Below, piece after piece: positions 30,023 to 39,434 of a stretch of 64,000 nucleotides of DNA. Position numbers and translations under genes: made by a program. The stretch is from an uncultured Candidatus Rokubacteria bacterium. Lineage in GTDB: Bacteria > Methylomirabilota > Methylomirabilia > Rokubacteriales > DASRDR01. Location of the stretch: contig CAWDVE010000010.1 in assembly GCA_963805625.1 (NCBI GenBank), positions 1,664,001 to 1,728,000 of the forward strand. Direction: 5' to 3'. The notes below the pieces were generated by a model. The model did no database searches. It saw only the letters and a list, made by a program, of their open reading frames with translations, and was not told the origin of the DNA. Each line of letters opens with the position of its first letter. The stretch's first letter is position 1.

Positions 30023-31023
30023 CCAGCGGACCTCGGAACACCAGCGATCCGTCGGTGACGAAGTCGGCGCGCGGCGTAGCCGCCATCCGTGTCGGCATCA
30101 GCACTTGCCTCCTGGGCGAAAAGGTGCGCTTCGACGGAGGCCACAAGCTCGATCAGTACGCGGTCGGCACGCTCGGACGGTATGTGGACTGGGTACCGGT
30201 GTGCCCGGAGCTCGAGATGGGGCTCGGGGTACCGCGCGAGGCGCTCCGCCTCGTCGGGGATCCAGAAGCGCCCCGGCTCGTGACCGTGAAGAGCCGCGTG
30301 GACTACACCGAAGGCATGCTCACCTGGGCCCGCGACAAGGTCGAACAGTTGCGGAGCCTCGACCTCGACGGCTACATCCTGAAGAGCAAGTCCCCGAGCT
30401 GCGGGATGGAGCGCGTCCGAGTGTACACCGAGGCCGGCATGCCGTCCCGGTCCGGCCCCGGCCTGTTCGCCCGGATGCTCATGAATGCCATGCCGCTCCT
30501 GGTGGTCGAGGAAGAGGGACGGCTCAACGATCCCCTATTGCGCGAGAGCTTCGTCGTCCGCGTGTTCACTCATCACCGCTGGCGGCAACTCACGCGCGAC
30601 CGCGTCCGTCCGGGTCACCTCGTGGCCTTCCACGCCCGGCACAAGCTCCTCCTGATGGCGCACAGCGAACCGCATCTCCGCGCCCTCGGACAGCTGGTGG
30701 CCCGGGCGCGGACCGTCCCGCCGGCCGAGCTCGCGCGACAGTACGCCGAGGGGCTCTTCGCCGGGCTGCGCGTCAAGGCCACGACGCGCAAACACACGAA
30801 CGTGCTCCAGCACATCGCCGGCTACCTCCGCGAAACCCTGGACCGGCGGGACCGGGATGAGCTTCATGGAACGATCGCCGACTACCATGCCGGACTCGTT
30901 CCCTTGATCGTGCCGCTCACGCTCCTGCGGCACTACGTCGGGAAGGTCGGGCTCGACTACCTCCGGGACCAGGTCTACCTCGACCCGCATCCGAAGGAGC
31001 TCATGCTCCTGAACCACGTCTGA
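30019..31023 (+). CDS. DUF523 + DUF1722 protein (YbgA/2-thiouracil desulfurase family)
   Basis: GISTCLLGEKVRFDGGH, VCPE, KSKSPSCG, FHARHK, HTNVLQH; ATGA overlap with the regulator. Confidence 0.93.
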   Translation: MTSGPRNTSDPSVTKSARGVAAIRVGISTCLLGEKVRFDGGHKLDQYAVGTLGRYVDWVPVCPELEMGLGVPREALRLVGDPEAPRLVTVKSRVDYTEGMLTWARDKVEQLRSLDLDGYILKSKSPSCGMERVRVYTEAGMPSRSGPGLFARMLMNAMPLLVVEEEGRLNDPLLRESFVVRVFTHHRWRQLTRDRVRPGHLVAFHARHKLLLMAHSEPHLRALGQLVARARTVPPAELARQYAEGLFAGLRVKATTRKHTNVLQHIAGYLRETLDRRDRDELHGTIADYHAGLVPLIVPLTLLRHYVGKVGLDYLRDQVYLDPHPKELMLLNHV

Positions 31024-31092
31024 TGCCCTCCGGCGCCATTCCCTATCGCGCGGGTGGGTAGTCATGACGGAGTCCGGCCCGGCCGCACGCCC

Positions 31093-32553
31093 GTGAGCCC
31101 CTTCCGCCAGATCCTCCTGACGGGCGCGACCGGCTACGTGGGTGGCCGCCTCCTGACCGCCCTCGAGGCCGCCGGCTACCACGTCCGATGTCTCGCTCGA
31201 CGGCCCGAGGCGCTCCAGCACCACGCGGGACCCCGGGTCGAGATCGTGGCGGGCGACGTCCAGGATCCGGCATCCCTCGACCGTGCCCTCGCTGGGTGCG
31301 ATGTCGCCTACTATCTCGTCCATTCGATGGGAGTCGGAAGCGGGTTCGAAGAGGCGGACCGGCAGGCGGCGACGAGCTTCGGCCAGGCGGCCCATGTGGC
31401 AGGCGTGCAGCGGATCATCTACCTCGGAGGGCTCGGATCGGGACGCGCCCTGTCGCCGCACCTCGCGAGCCGTCAGGAGGTCGGCCGCCTGCTGGCCGCC
31501 TCCGGCGTCCCGACCACCGAGTTCCGCGCATCGATCGTCATCGGCTCCGGCAGCCTGTCGTTCGAGATGATCCGGGCTCTCGTCGAGCGGCTGCCCGTCA
31601 TGGTCGCGCCGCGCTGGGTGCGGACGGCAACCCAGCCGATCGCGGTCGAGGACCTGATCGCCTACCTCCTCGCCGGGCTCGACCTCGACGCTGCGGAGAA
31701 TCGGGTGTTCGAGATCGGCGGCGCCGACGTGGTGTCGTACGAGGGCCTCATGCGCGAGTATGCGCGGCAGCGGGGACTCCGGCGGTTGCTCCTGCCGGTC
31801 CCGGTGCTCTCGCCGGCCCTCTCTAGCCTCTGGCTGGGGCTGGTTACACCACTGTATGCACGCGTGGGCCGGAAGCTCATCGACAGCCTGCGGAACGCGA
31901 CCGTCGTGACGGACGACGGCGCCCGCCGGGCCTTCGCGGTGCGGCCCCGCGGCTACCACGAGGCGATTACGCGGGCCCTGGCCAACGAGGACCGCGAGCT
32001 CGCCGAGACTCGTTGGTCGGACGCCCTGTCGGCCAGCGGCCAGCCGCGAAGCTGGACGGGCGTCCGCTTCGGTTCGCGTTTCGTTGACTCGCGGACGATC
32101 CGGGTCGCCGCGCCGCCGCCGGTCGCGTTCGAGCCGATCGCGCGACTCGGCGGAACGACGGGGTGGTACGCAGCGGACGCACTATGGCGCCTGCGGGGAT
32201 TCCTCGACCTGCTGGTCGGCGGCGTCGGCCTCCGCCGCGGCCGTCGCGATCCGCGGCGGCTGGTCGTCGGCGACGCACTCGACTTCTGGCGCGTGGAGGC
32301 CATCGAGCCGGGTCGGCTGCTCCGGCTCGCCGCCGAGATGCGGCTCCCGGGCCGGGCCTGGCTCGTCTTCGAGGTCGAGCCGAACGGTCCAGGATCAGTC
32401 ATCCGACAGACCGCCCTGTTCGATCCCGTGGGGCTCCTCGGTCGCATCTACTGGTACGCGCTCTATCCCCTCCATCGGCTCGTCTTCGGCGGTATGCTGC
32501 GTGGGATCGCGGACCGGGTGAGGCGCGGAACGGGACCACGATGCGAATCCTGA
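31093..32553 (+). CDS. NAD(P)-binding SDR with DUF2867 domain (YbjT-like)
   Basis: ILLTGATGYVG, YYLVHSM, SPHLASR, GDALDFWRVE, AEMRLPGRAWL. Confidence 0.92.
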   Translation: MSPFRQILLTGATGYVGGRLLTALEAAGYHVRCLARRPEALQHHAGPRVEIVAGDVQDPASLDRALAGCDVAYYLVHSMGVGSGFEEADRQAATSFGQAAHVAGVQRIIYLGGLGSGRALSPHLASRQEVGRLLAASGVPTTEFRASIVIGSGSLSFEMIRALVERLPVMVAPRWVRTATQPIAVEDLIAYLLAGLDLDAAENRVFEIGGADVVSYEGLMREYARQRGLRRLLLPVPVLSPALSSLWLGLVTPLYARVGRKLIDSLRNATVVTDDGARRAFAVRPRGYHEAITRALANEDRELAETRWSDALSASGQPRSWTGVRFGSRFVDSRTIRVAAPPPVAFEPIARLGGTTGWYAADALWRLRGFLDLLVGGVGLRRGRRDPRRLVVGDALDFWRVEAIEPGRLLRLAAEMRLPGRAWLVFEVEPNGPGSVIRQTALFDPVGLLGRIYWYALYPLHRLVFGGMLRGIADRVRRGTGPRCES

Positions 32554-32615
32554 TCACGGGCCGCGGCGACGTCGGGAGCGCGCTGGACGTCATGCTAACG
32601 AGTCCACCTTGGTAA
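32541..32615 (+). pseudogene. N-terminal stub of a Rossmann-fold gene
   Basis: MRILITGRGDVGSAL..., stop after 24 codons; overlaps the upstream stop. Confidence 0.45.
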
Positions 32616-32960
32616 GTCACGATGGATTTCCCGCGGTACCGCCATGCGCTAGGCAGCATCTGGGCAGTGAACGAACGCGCGAGACGCATACAGAGGCCGC
32701 GGTCGACGTCGGCGAGCAGGCAGAGGGAGGCCCGCGACACCCCTGGGTCACGCGTTAGTTGGCCAGCGCCCTGTTGAGGGCGGCCACCCAGTGCGCCGGT
32801 TCCGCGCAAGAAAGGTACCACGATGCCCACGAGACCACGCGAGGACGACGCCTGCTGCGTCGCGCGGATCGGGCCTCTCCATGGGCTCGGCCGGAGCGGC
32901 ACCGCTGCGGCACGCTTGCCCCGGTGAGGCGCCCGGTCCCCAGTCCACGTCTTGTGGCCC

Positions 32961-34040
32961 TCAGGAATGACTCCGTGGGAGCGACAGTGGCCGTTCCTCT
33001 CGCGAAGATCGCATCAGGAGGTGTGCGAACTCCAGGACCCGACGGCCTTCCCTTCCGGTAAGGACCGGACGGGGCTCCTTGCCGTGAAGGAACTGCAGGA
33101 AGTGCTGCGTGGATAGCCGGAAGCTCACGCCCCAGTCGGTCTCGAGGTTGTGGAAGGCACGCACCTCGCCGTCGGCATAGAGCGTGAGGACTGGCTCGTC
33201 GAGCAGACGGTCGCTGCACCGGGTGACCGTGATGAGGCCCGACTCCCCCTGGATCTCGAACTGCTCGTGTCCGGGGTAGTAGTCGGTCCGGATGCGCATC
33301 CCCGGCGCGGCGGAGATGTCCCAGATCCCGTGAACGGGCGGATCCCAATGGCGCCATGTCAGCGAGGCCGGGGCGTCCACGACGCTGCCGTTCGGGAGTG
33401 TCGTCTCCTCGATGCGGGCGAAGACGTCCCGAACGTCCCCGAACAGCCAACATGCCACGGCGAGCAGGTGGTGGCCGTGGTCGAACAACAGCGGACCCCC
33501 GAGCCCCGCGCGTCCGAGAACCTGTCTCCACGCCGTTGTCTCAACCGGCACGGGCCAGGCGTACTGCCGGTCCCCGGACACGATCTTCATGCGAAAGTGC
33601 AAGGGTCGGCCGATCGCTCCTGCATCGAGGAGCGCCTTGGCCCGGACCAGAGGCGCGTAGAAGATGAAGTTCTCGAAGCACTTGAGATGGCGGCCCGTCT
33701 CCCTCGCCGTGGCGAGCATGGTGTCGGCCTCCGCCACCGTCATCGCCATCGGCTTCTGCACGCTAACGTGGGCGCCCGCTCGCATGGCGGCCACCGCCAT
33801 CTCGGCGTGGAGGGGGTGTGGCGTCAGGACGTCGACGAGGTCCGGCTCGAGGTGCAGGAGCTCGTCGAAGCCCTGCACGAGCCGCGCCTCTGGGAAGAGC
33901 GCGGCCCGCCGGTCGAGCAGATCCTGGCGGCTATCGCAGAGTGCCACCACCACCGCGTCCGGGTTGTCGCGGTAGCCGAGGCAGTTCAGGTCGAAGATGC
34001 GGCCGAGCCCGACAATGCCGACTCGAATGGGACGGGTCAT
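32961..34040 (-). CDS. Gfo/Idh/MocA family oxidoreductase
   Basis: IRVGIVGLG, LTPHPLH, VQKPMA, GPLLFDHGHH. Confidence 0.92.
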   Translation of the reverse strand: MTRPIRVGIVGLGRIFDLNCLGYRDNPDAVVVALCDSRQDLLDRRAALFPEARLVQGFDELLHLEPDLVDVLTPHPLHAEMAVAAMRAGAHVSVQKPMAMTVAEADTMLATARETGRHLKCFENFIFYAPLVRAKALLDAGAIGRPLHFRMKIVSGDRQYAWPVPVETTAWRQVLGRAGLGGPLLFDHGHHLLAVACWLFGDVRDVFARIEETTLPNGSVVDAPASLTWRHWDPPVHGIWDISAAPGMRIRTDYYPGHEQFEIQGESGLITVTRCSDRLLDEPVLTLYADGEVRAFHNLETDWGVSFRLSTQHFLQFLHGKEPRPVLTGREGRRVLEFAHLLMRSSREERPLSLPRSHS

Positions 34041-34333
34041 TGCGAGAGGCTCCCTCCGCGGGCATGGTCGCACCGCCACCCTATCGTACGGCACCAAAGT
34101 GGTGGCCACTGAACATCCCTCGTTGCACCGCAGGAGATGCTGCGGCCTAACCCCCCACCCCAGTCCGGGCAAACCGAATACGCCTGGCCCCGGCGTCCAC
34201 AAGCACGAAACGCGCTGAGCCGGGCGGGATCGCGTCGGGCCGCGGCGAGCCGCGGCGAAAGGACCGACTGGATAGACCTGCCGGCGTGGGAATGCCTTCG
34301 GGCGCACTCCGCCAGCGGCCTCACCTCGGTGCC

Positions 34334-34359
34334 TTGACAGGAATCTTGCGGACTGTCAA
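34334..34359. promoter_or_regulatory. Palindromic operator TTGACAG-N12-CTGTCAA between divergent genes
   Basis: Perfect 7-bp inverted repeat; each arm contains a consensus -35 TTGACA. Confidence 0.6.
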
Positions 34360-34478
34360 TCATGATGTCGCGTCCGCCCCCCTTTCGGGTCGGACGGCCC
34401 CTTCTCGTCAGTGCGGGCTGGTGTCACGTCTCGTTCGGTCTGCCGTGCGACAGCGGCGGGCAGAAAGGCGGCTCGGTC

Positions 34479-35783
34479 ATGATTCGGCGATTGCGCGGGC
34501 GGCGTAGCCGACTCTTCGTGCTTCCTCTGATCCTGCTGGCCGGGGCCGTCGCGTCGGCGATCTGGCAGGGCTCCGGGCCGGTTGCTTGGGCAGCCGATCC
34601 CACGGTGCGGTACATCAGTCATCGCTTCCCGATGCTCGAGTTCTGGGCTAAGAAGATGGGCGAGTATCCCGGGATCAAGTTCGAAGCGGAGCTCATCCCA
34701 TTCGACCAGGCGCTCGAGAAGATGCAGATTCACCTGTCGCAAGGGGCGCCGACGTACGACATCATGGCGACCGACGCCTTCCTGGCGACCTTCGCGGAGC
34801 GCGGCTGGCTCATGCCGCTCGACCCGATGATCGCGAAGTACCGCCAGGCAGTCGAGTGGGACGACATCGACCCGATCCTGGTCCGGGACGTCTGCTCGTA
34901 CAAGGGCAAGGTCTACGGCGTGCCCAACCTCGCCATCTCGATGTTTTTCTTCTATCGGAAGGACCTCCTTGATGCGGCGGGCCTCCGGCCGCCGACGACC
35001 ATGGACGAGTGGATCGCCGCCGCCAAGGCGCTGACCAACCCCGAGAAGAAGCAGTACGGGACGACCCTCACCCTGAAGGCGGGCGACGGCTTCCAGAACG
35101 ACTTCACGTACTTCCTCCGCACCTACGGAGGGGACTGGTACGACAAGGACTGGAAGGTCACGATCGACAGCGAGGCGGGCCTGAAGGCGCTGACGACCAT
35201 GAAGGAGCTGATGAAGTACGCACCGCCCAACGTGCTCGCGTTCCACAACGACGAGTCCACGGTCGCGATGCAGCAGGGCCTGACCGCCATGGGGCTCCTG
35301 TGGCAGTCGCGCGCCCTGGCCATGGACAACGCCCAGGTCTCCCAGGTCGTGGGCAAGGTCCAGTTCGGCGTCCCGCCGGCCGCGACCAAGGGCGGGAAGA
35401 GCCACGCGCGGCTCTCGGTCGGCTGCTACTCGATCAGCGCATACACCAAGAACGATCCCGAGCTCGTCTTCCAGGTGCTCGCCAAGACGCTCAACAAGGC
35501 GAACATGCGGGAAGGGGCCGGGCTGGCCACGCCGACCCGCCTGTCGGTGACGCGGGATCCGGAGGTCACGCAGAAGTTCCGGTTCATCAAGGCGGCGGCC
35601 GACAACGTCCAGGCGGGCGCCCAGCTGGTCCCCAACATCCCCGAGTTCTCCGAGGCCATGGTCCAGACCACCCAGACCCTCCAGAAGGGGCTCACGGGCG
35701 AGCTGACCATCCCGGAGGCGCTCAAGCGCGCCCAGAAGGTGATGGCCGACCTCATGACCGAGAAGGGCTACTACAAGAAGTAA
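34479..35783 (+). CDS. Sugar (CUT1) ABC substrate-binding protein
   Basis: Signal peptide, YKGKVYGVP, FFYRKDLL, PPTTMDEW. Confidence 0.92.
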   Translation: MIRRLRGRRSRLFVLPLILLAGAVASAIWQGSGPVAWAADPTVRYISHRFPMLEFWAKKMGEYPGIKFEAELIPFDQALEKMQIHLSQGAPTYDIMATDAFLATFAERGWLMPLDPMIAKYRQAVEWDDIDPILVRDVCSYKGKVYGVPNLAISMFFFYRKDLLDAAGLRPPTTMDEWIAAAKALTNPEKKQYGTTLTLKAGDGFQNDFTYFLRTYGGDWYDKDWKVTIDSEAGLKALTTMKELMKYAPPNVLAFHNDESTVAMQQGLTAMGLLWQSRALAMDNAQVSQVVGKVQFGVPPAATKGGKSHARLSVGCYSISAYTKNDPELVFQVLAKTLNKANMREGAGLATPTRLSVTRDPEVTQKFRFIKAAADNVQAGAQLVPNIPEFSEAMVQTTQTLQKGLTGELTIPEALKRAQKVMADLMTEKGYYKK

Positions 35784-35942
35784 CGCCGTCCCATTGAAGC
35801 GGCCGGGCGGATCGTCTGTGGGTTTGACCGCCCGGTCGCTCGCCTCGCACGCATCGATCCCCGCTCCGATGCAGCTCGCCCCGCCCCCCGTCACGGGACG
35901 TTCGCCGGGACGCTCGCGCCCCGCCGCGCGCTGGCCGCGACG

Positions 35943-36818
35943 ATGAGCCGGCAGCAGCGCCGCGACCGCCTGATCTTCCTCGTTCCGAGCATGACCGTCC
36001 TGACGGTCATCCTCTTCTATCCGCTCGTCTACAGCGTTGGGCTGAGCTTCTACAACTACTACCTGCCGGTGCCCCGGAAAACCTTCGTCGGCCTCGACAA
36101 CTTCCGGTACATCTGGGGCGACGACGCGTTCTGGGACGCGCTCGGCGTGACCGCGCGGTTCACCGCCGCCGCCGTCGCCATCGAGCTGGTCGCGGGCGTC
36201 GCCGTCGCCCTGCTCCTCGACGCCCGCATCCCGTGCCGGCGCTTCGTCAGCACCGTGGTGCTCCTGCCGATGACCATCACCCCGGCGGTCGCCGGGCTCC
36301 TCATGCGCTGGATGTTCGAGAGTAACTGGGGGATGGTGAACTACTTCCTCTCGCTCGTCGGCGTGCGAGGACCGGGGTGGACCGGGGACCCCGCCTGGGC
36401 GCTCTGGTCGATCATCCTCGCGGACGTGTGGCAGAACACGCCGTTCGTCATCCTGGTGGTCTACGCCGGCCTCCAGAGCGTTCCCGAGGAGCCGCTCGAG
36501 GCGGCGATGGTGGACGGGGCGACCCGGACGCAGACTCTCACCCACGTCATCTTTCCCTTCCTGCGCCCGCTCGTGCTCTTCGTGCTGATCATCCGCTCGA
36601 TGGACGCCTTCCGCATCTTCGACCAGGTGTTCGTGATGACGGGCGGCGGGCCGGGCACGACGACCCAGACCATCACGTTCTACAACTACGTGATGGCCTT
36701 CCGCATGCTGCGGATGGGACGTGCCTCCGCCCTGGGCGTGGTCACGCTCCTCATCCTGTCGGTGGTCATCGGGTTCTGGATCTACCTCCTGTACCGGCGA
36801 GAGAAAGGCGAGTGGTGA
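35943..36818 (+). CDS. Sugar ABC permease (MalF-type)
   Basis: FVGLDNF, DVWQNTPF, EAAMVDGA, GGGPG. Confidence 0.94.
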   Translation: MSRQQRRDRLIFLVPSMTVLTVILFYPLVYSVGLSFYNYYLPVPRKTFVGLDNFRYIWGDDAFWDALGVTARFTAAAVAIELVAGVAVALLLDARIPCRRFVSTVVLLPMTITPAVAGLLMRWMFESNWGMVNYFLSLVGVRGPGWTGDPAWALWSIILADVWQNTPFVILVVYAGLQSVPEEPLEAAMVDGATRTQTLTHVIFPFLRPLVLFVLIIRSMDAFRIFDQVFVMTGGGPGTTTQTITFYNYVMAFRMLRMGRASALGVVTLLILSVVIGFWIYLLYRREKGEW

Positions 36819-37660
36819 GTCGCCGGCGCCGGGTCGGACCCCGCGTGATGGTCGCCCAGGCCCTGCTCTACCTAGCGCTCCTGGCCGTGGTCGCGGTCTC
36901 CCTGTTCCCGATCTACTTCGCGCTCACGACGTCGCTCAAGGTCACCCGGGAGGCTTTCACCATCCCGCCGACGTGGGTCTTCACGCCGACGCTCGAGCAC
37001 CACCGCTACATCTGGCTGGAGACGCCGTTCCCACGGTACCTCGTCAACACGCTCATCATCACGACGGGAGCGGTGCTGCTCTCGATCCCGCTCGGTTGCA
37101 TGGCGGCGTACTATCTGGCTCGCTACCGAAGCCGGCCGATCCAGGCGCTCCTCTTCACGCTCCTGGCGGTCCGGGCCTTCCCGCGCATCCTCCTGCTGGT
37201 CCCGTTCTTCCTCCTTGCCCGCGCCGCGGAGCTCTACGACACGCACATCCTCATCATCCTGATCATCGTGGCCTTCAACCAGCCGTTCGCGATCTGGCTG
37301 ATGCGCGGGTTCTTCCTGGACGTGCCGCGGGAGCTCCCTGAGGCGGCGATGATCGACGGCTGCAGTTCGCTCGGGGCCTTCGTGCGGGTGGTGCTGCCGG
37401 TGGTGCGCCCCGGCGTGTTCACCGCGGCGCTCTTCACCTTCCTCTTCGCCTACAACGAGTTCCTCTACTGCCTGATCCTCACCGGGAACCAGGCCAAGCC
37501 GCTCTCGGTGGCCATCGCCCAGTACGGAGCCGAGAAGATCGAGTATTGGTCCTGGTCCGCCGCCGGGGCCGTGGGCATCCTCGCCCCGATCGTGCTCTTC
37601 ATCGGGGTGATGCAGCGCCACCTGATCAAGGGCCTGACGTTCGGGACCCTGAAGGGGTAA
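36815..37660 (+). CDS. Sugar ABC permease (MalG-type)
   Basis: GTGA overlap; EAAMIDGC, YNEFLY, GLTFGTLKG end. Confidence 0.94.
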   Translation: MSRRRRVGPRVMVAQALLYLALLAVVAVSLFPIYFALTTSLKVTREAFTIPPTWVFTPTLEHHRYIWLETPFPRYLVNTLIITTGAVLLSIPLGCMAAYYLARYRSRPIQALLFTLLAVRAFPRILLLVPFFLLARAAELYDTHILIILIIVAFNQPFAIWLMRGFFLDVPRELPEAAMIDGCSSLGAFVRVVLPVVRPGVFTAALFTFLFAYNEFLYCLILTGNQAKPLSVAIAQYGAEKIEYWSWSAAGAVGILAPIVLFIGVMQRHLIKGLTFGTLKG

Positions 37661-37745
37661 GACTCACGCGCCCTCGCCCCGCCGGGCGGCCGTAGTGCGT
37701 CACCGTGACATTGCGGCGACGCTTTGTCGCGGCCGTCAACGGCCC

Positions 37746-38111
37746 TCACCCGGCGGTCGGGGACCCTAGGCCAATGAACCAGCCGACGATGGCCCCGTGC
37801 GCTAGATGGGCCGCGACCGTGACAACCGGCGTGCTGGCGCCGTAATTCAGCAGCATGAAACCAGGAGGCTCGAGTAGCGCTCGTTGATGGGACGCGTCGA
37901 AGCGCGTCCCCATCCGAGGGTGTACGGCAGGCAGCAGGATATTCACGAGAGCCGTCCCGGCGAACAGCGCGTGGACGAGACCGAACAGCAACCCGAGCTG
38001 CCAGCTTGCCCGGCCCATCGCCAGGAACACGAGCCAGCACAGAGTGGCGAACAGCAACCCGAACACGAAGTGGACGCCGTAGCCAAGGGCGATGGCGTGG
38101 GCGCGGTTCAC
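37746..38111 (-). pseudogene. Membrane protein, probably 5'-truncated
   Basis: Hydrophobic helices with GVHFVFG, HPRMG...LEPPGF, HLAHG; begins 22 nt after the grdE-like stop with no clear RBS. Confidence 0.5.
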
Positions 38112-38132
38112 CGCCGAAGGTCGTCCGGCCGC

Positions 38133-39434
38133 TCAGTAGTCCACGCAGGTCAGGCGGGAGAACCCCCAGACGTCGTTCAGATGGCTGGTGCCGTACCGGC
38201 CGAGGGGCGGCGGCTGCGCGGCATACCACGCGGGCGCGATCGGGCCAGCGGCGATGACGCGCTCGACGGGCGGGAAGGGGCCCGGCGCGCTGCCGTCGCC
38301 GGTGCTGACGATGCCCACGCCCTCCGGCGCCGTCACCAGCAGCGGCGGCGCCGCGCCGTCCTCGTCGTCCTCCTCCTCGGTGATCAGGACCGTCTTGACG
38401 CCGGCCTCGTCGAGGGCCCGGACGACCGCCATCGTGTCGAGCATCCGCTGCCCGCGGAGGGTCGGTGTGACGATGGCCCCCGTCGCCCCGAGCGTGGTCG
38501 CCATCAGCGCCGCGCGGTTCGCCATCAGCTCCTTCTGGCGCTGCTCCTCCCACATCGTCCGCACCATGATGCAGCCGAGGAAGTTGAAGTCGACGCCGTG
38601 ACGGCGGCACATGTGGAGCACGATGCTGTTCGTGAGCGGCCAGGTGAACCACCGGTAGAAGTCCCCGCTGAAGAAGCTCCCGCAGACCGCCCCGTCGAGG
38701 ACCTCCGTCGGGTGGAGGAGCCACGGCTGGGTGAGCCGCGTGATGCCGTAGACCGCGGTGGAGAGCGTCGAGTCGGGGCTCAGGTAGATGGGCTCGGGCG
38801 ACACGACGCTGTGGACGTAGACGAAGCCTGGCAGGCCCGGCCGCGGAGTCAGGTCCAGCACCTCGACGTCGACCGGGGTCTCGCCGAGCGTCGCGGCGGC
38901 GAGCCGGTCCTGGACGGCCAGCGTTGCCTGCTGGATGATGCGATTGGCCGGGTCGGGCGCGAGGTCGGGATCCGGCTCGATCAGGAGACAGAGGTTGACA
39001 GTGGCGGCCCAGGGGCTGATCGCGCCCGGGCCCGACATGTCGAGGAAGTCGCCGTACGCGGTGCCGGGGCGAAAGGAGGAAAGGAGACCGTAGCGCCGCA
39101 CGTCCTGGGGCGGCGTGCAGGGCATCAGCGTGAAGCCGGCAAGCCGGTTGGTCCGACCCGTCCCCACGGTCTCCACTGCGCGGCCCACGATGCCGGGGTA
39201 GGCGACGCCCTTCCCAGCCGCCTTCACCCGCGGCTCGATGATGTCTTGGATAGTCACGATGCGCGCCGACTCGCCCGGGCGGACGACCTCGAGCGCCGCG
39301 CGTGCGACCAGCGGGTCCCGGCGCACGAGGCCCAGGATCTCCTCCCGATCGATCTCGAGCACCCGGTCCCGCCACTGGGTCGTGGCGCCGAAGCGGACGT
39401 CCTCGACGGGGTAGGCGGCGAGCTCAAGACGCAC
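38133..39434 (-). CDS. Glycine/sarcosine/betaine reductase component B proprotein (GrdE/GrdG/GrdI-like)
   Basis: MRLELAAYPVEDVRFG, VRPGESARIV..DIIEPRVK, GTGRT, DMSGPGA, LHPTEVLDGAV, GVKTVLITEE; overlaps the read-through grdB stop. Confidence 0.88.
   Translation of the reverse strand: MRLELAAYPVEDVRFGATTQWRDRVLEIDREEILGLVRRDPLVARAALEVVRPGESARIVTIQDIIEPRVKAAGKGVAYPGIVGRAVETVGTGRTNRLAGFTLMPCTPPQDVRRYGLLSSFRPGTAYGDFLDMSGPGAISPWAATVNLCLLIEPDPDLAPDPANRIIQQATLAVQDRLAAATLGETPVDVEVLDLTPRPGLPGFVYVHSVVSPEPIYLSPDSTLSTAVYGITRLTQPWLLHPTEVLDGAVCGSFFSGDFYRWFTWPLTNSIVLHMCRRHGVDFNFLGCIMVRTMWEEQRQKELMANRAALMATTLGATGAIVTPTLRGQRMLDTMAVVRALDEAGVKTVLITEEEDDEDGAAPPLLVTAPEGVGIVSTGDGSAPGPFPPVERVIAAGPIAPAWYAAQPPPLGRYGTSHLNDVWGFSRLTCVDY

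Noticed and set aside
34165-34230. c-di-GMP-I riboswitch suggested by GGGCAAACC
   Set aside because: No GNRA-capped P2 stem or GACGCAAAGC segment follows
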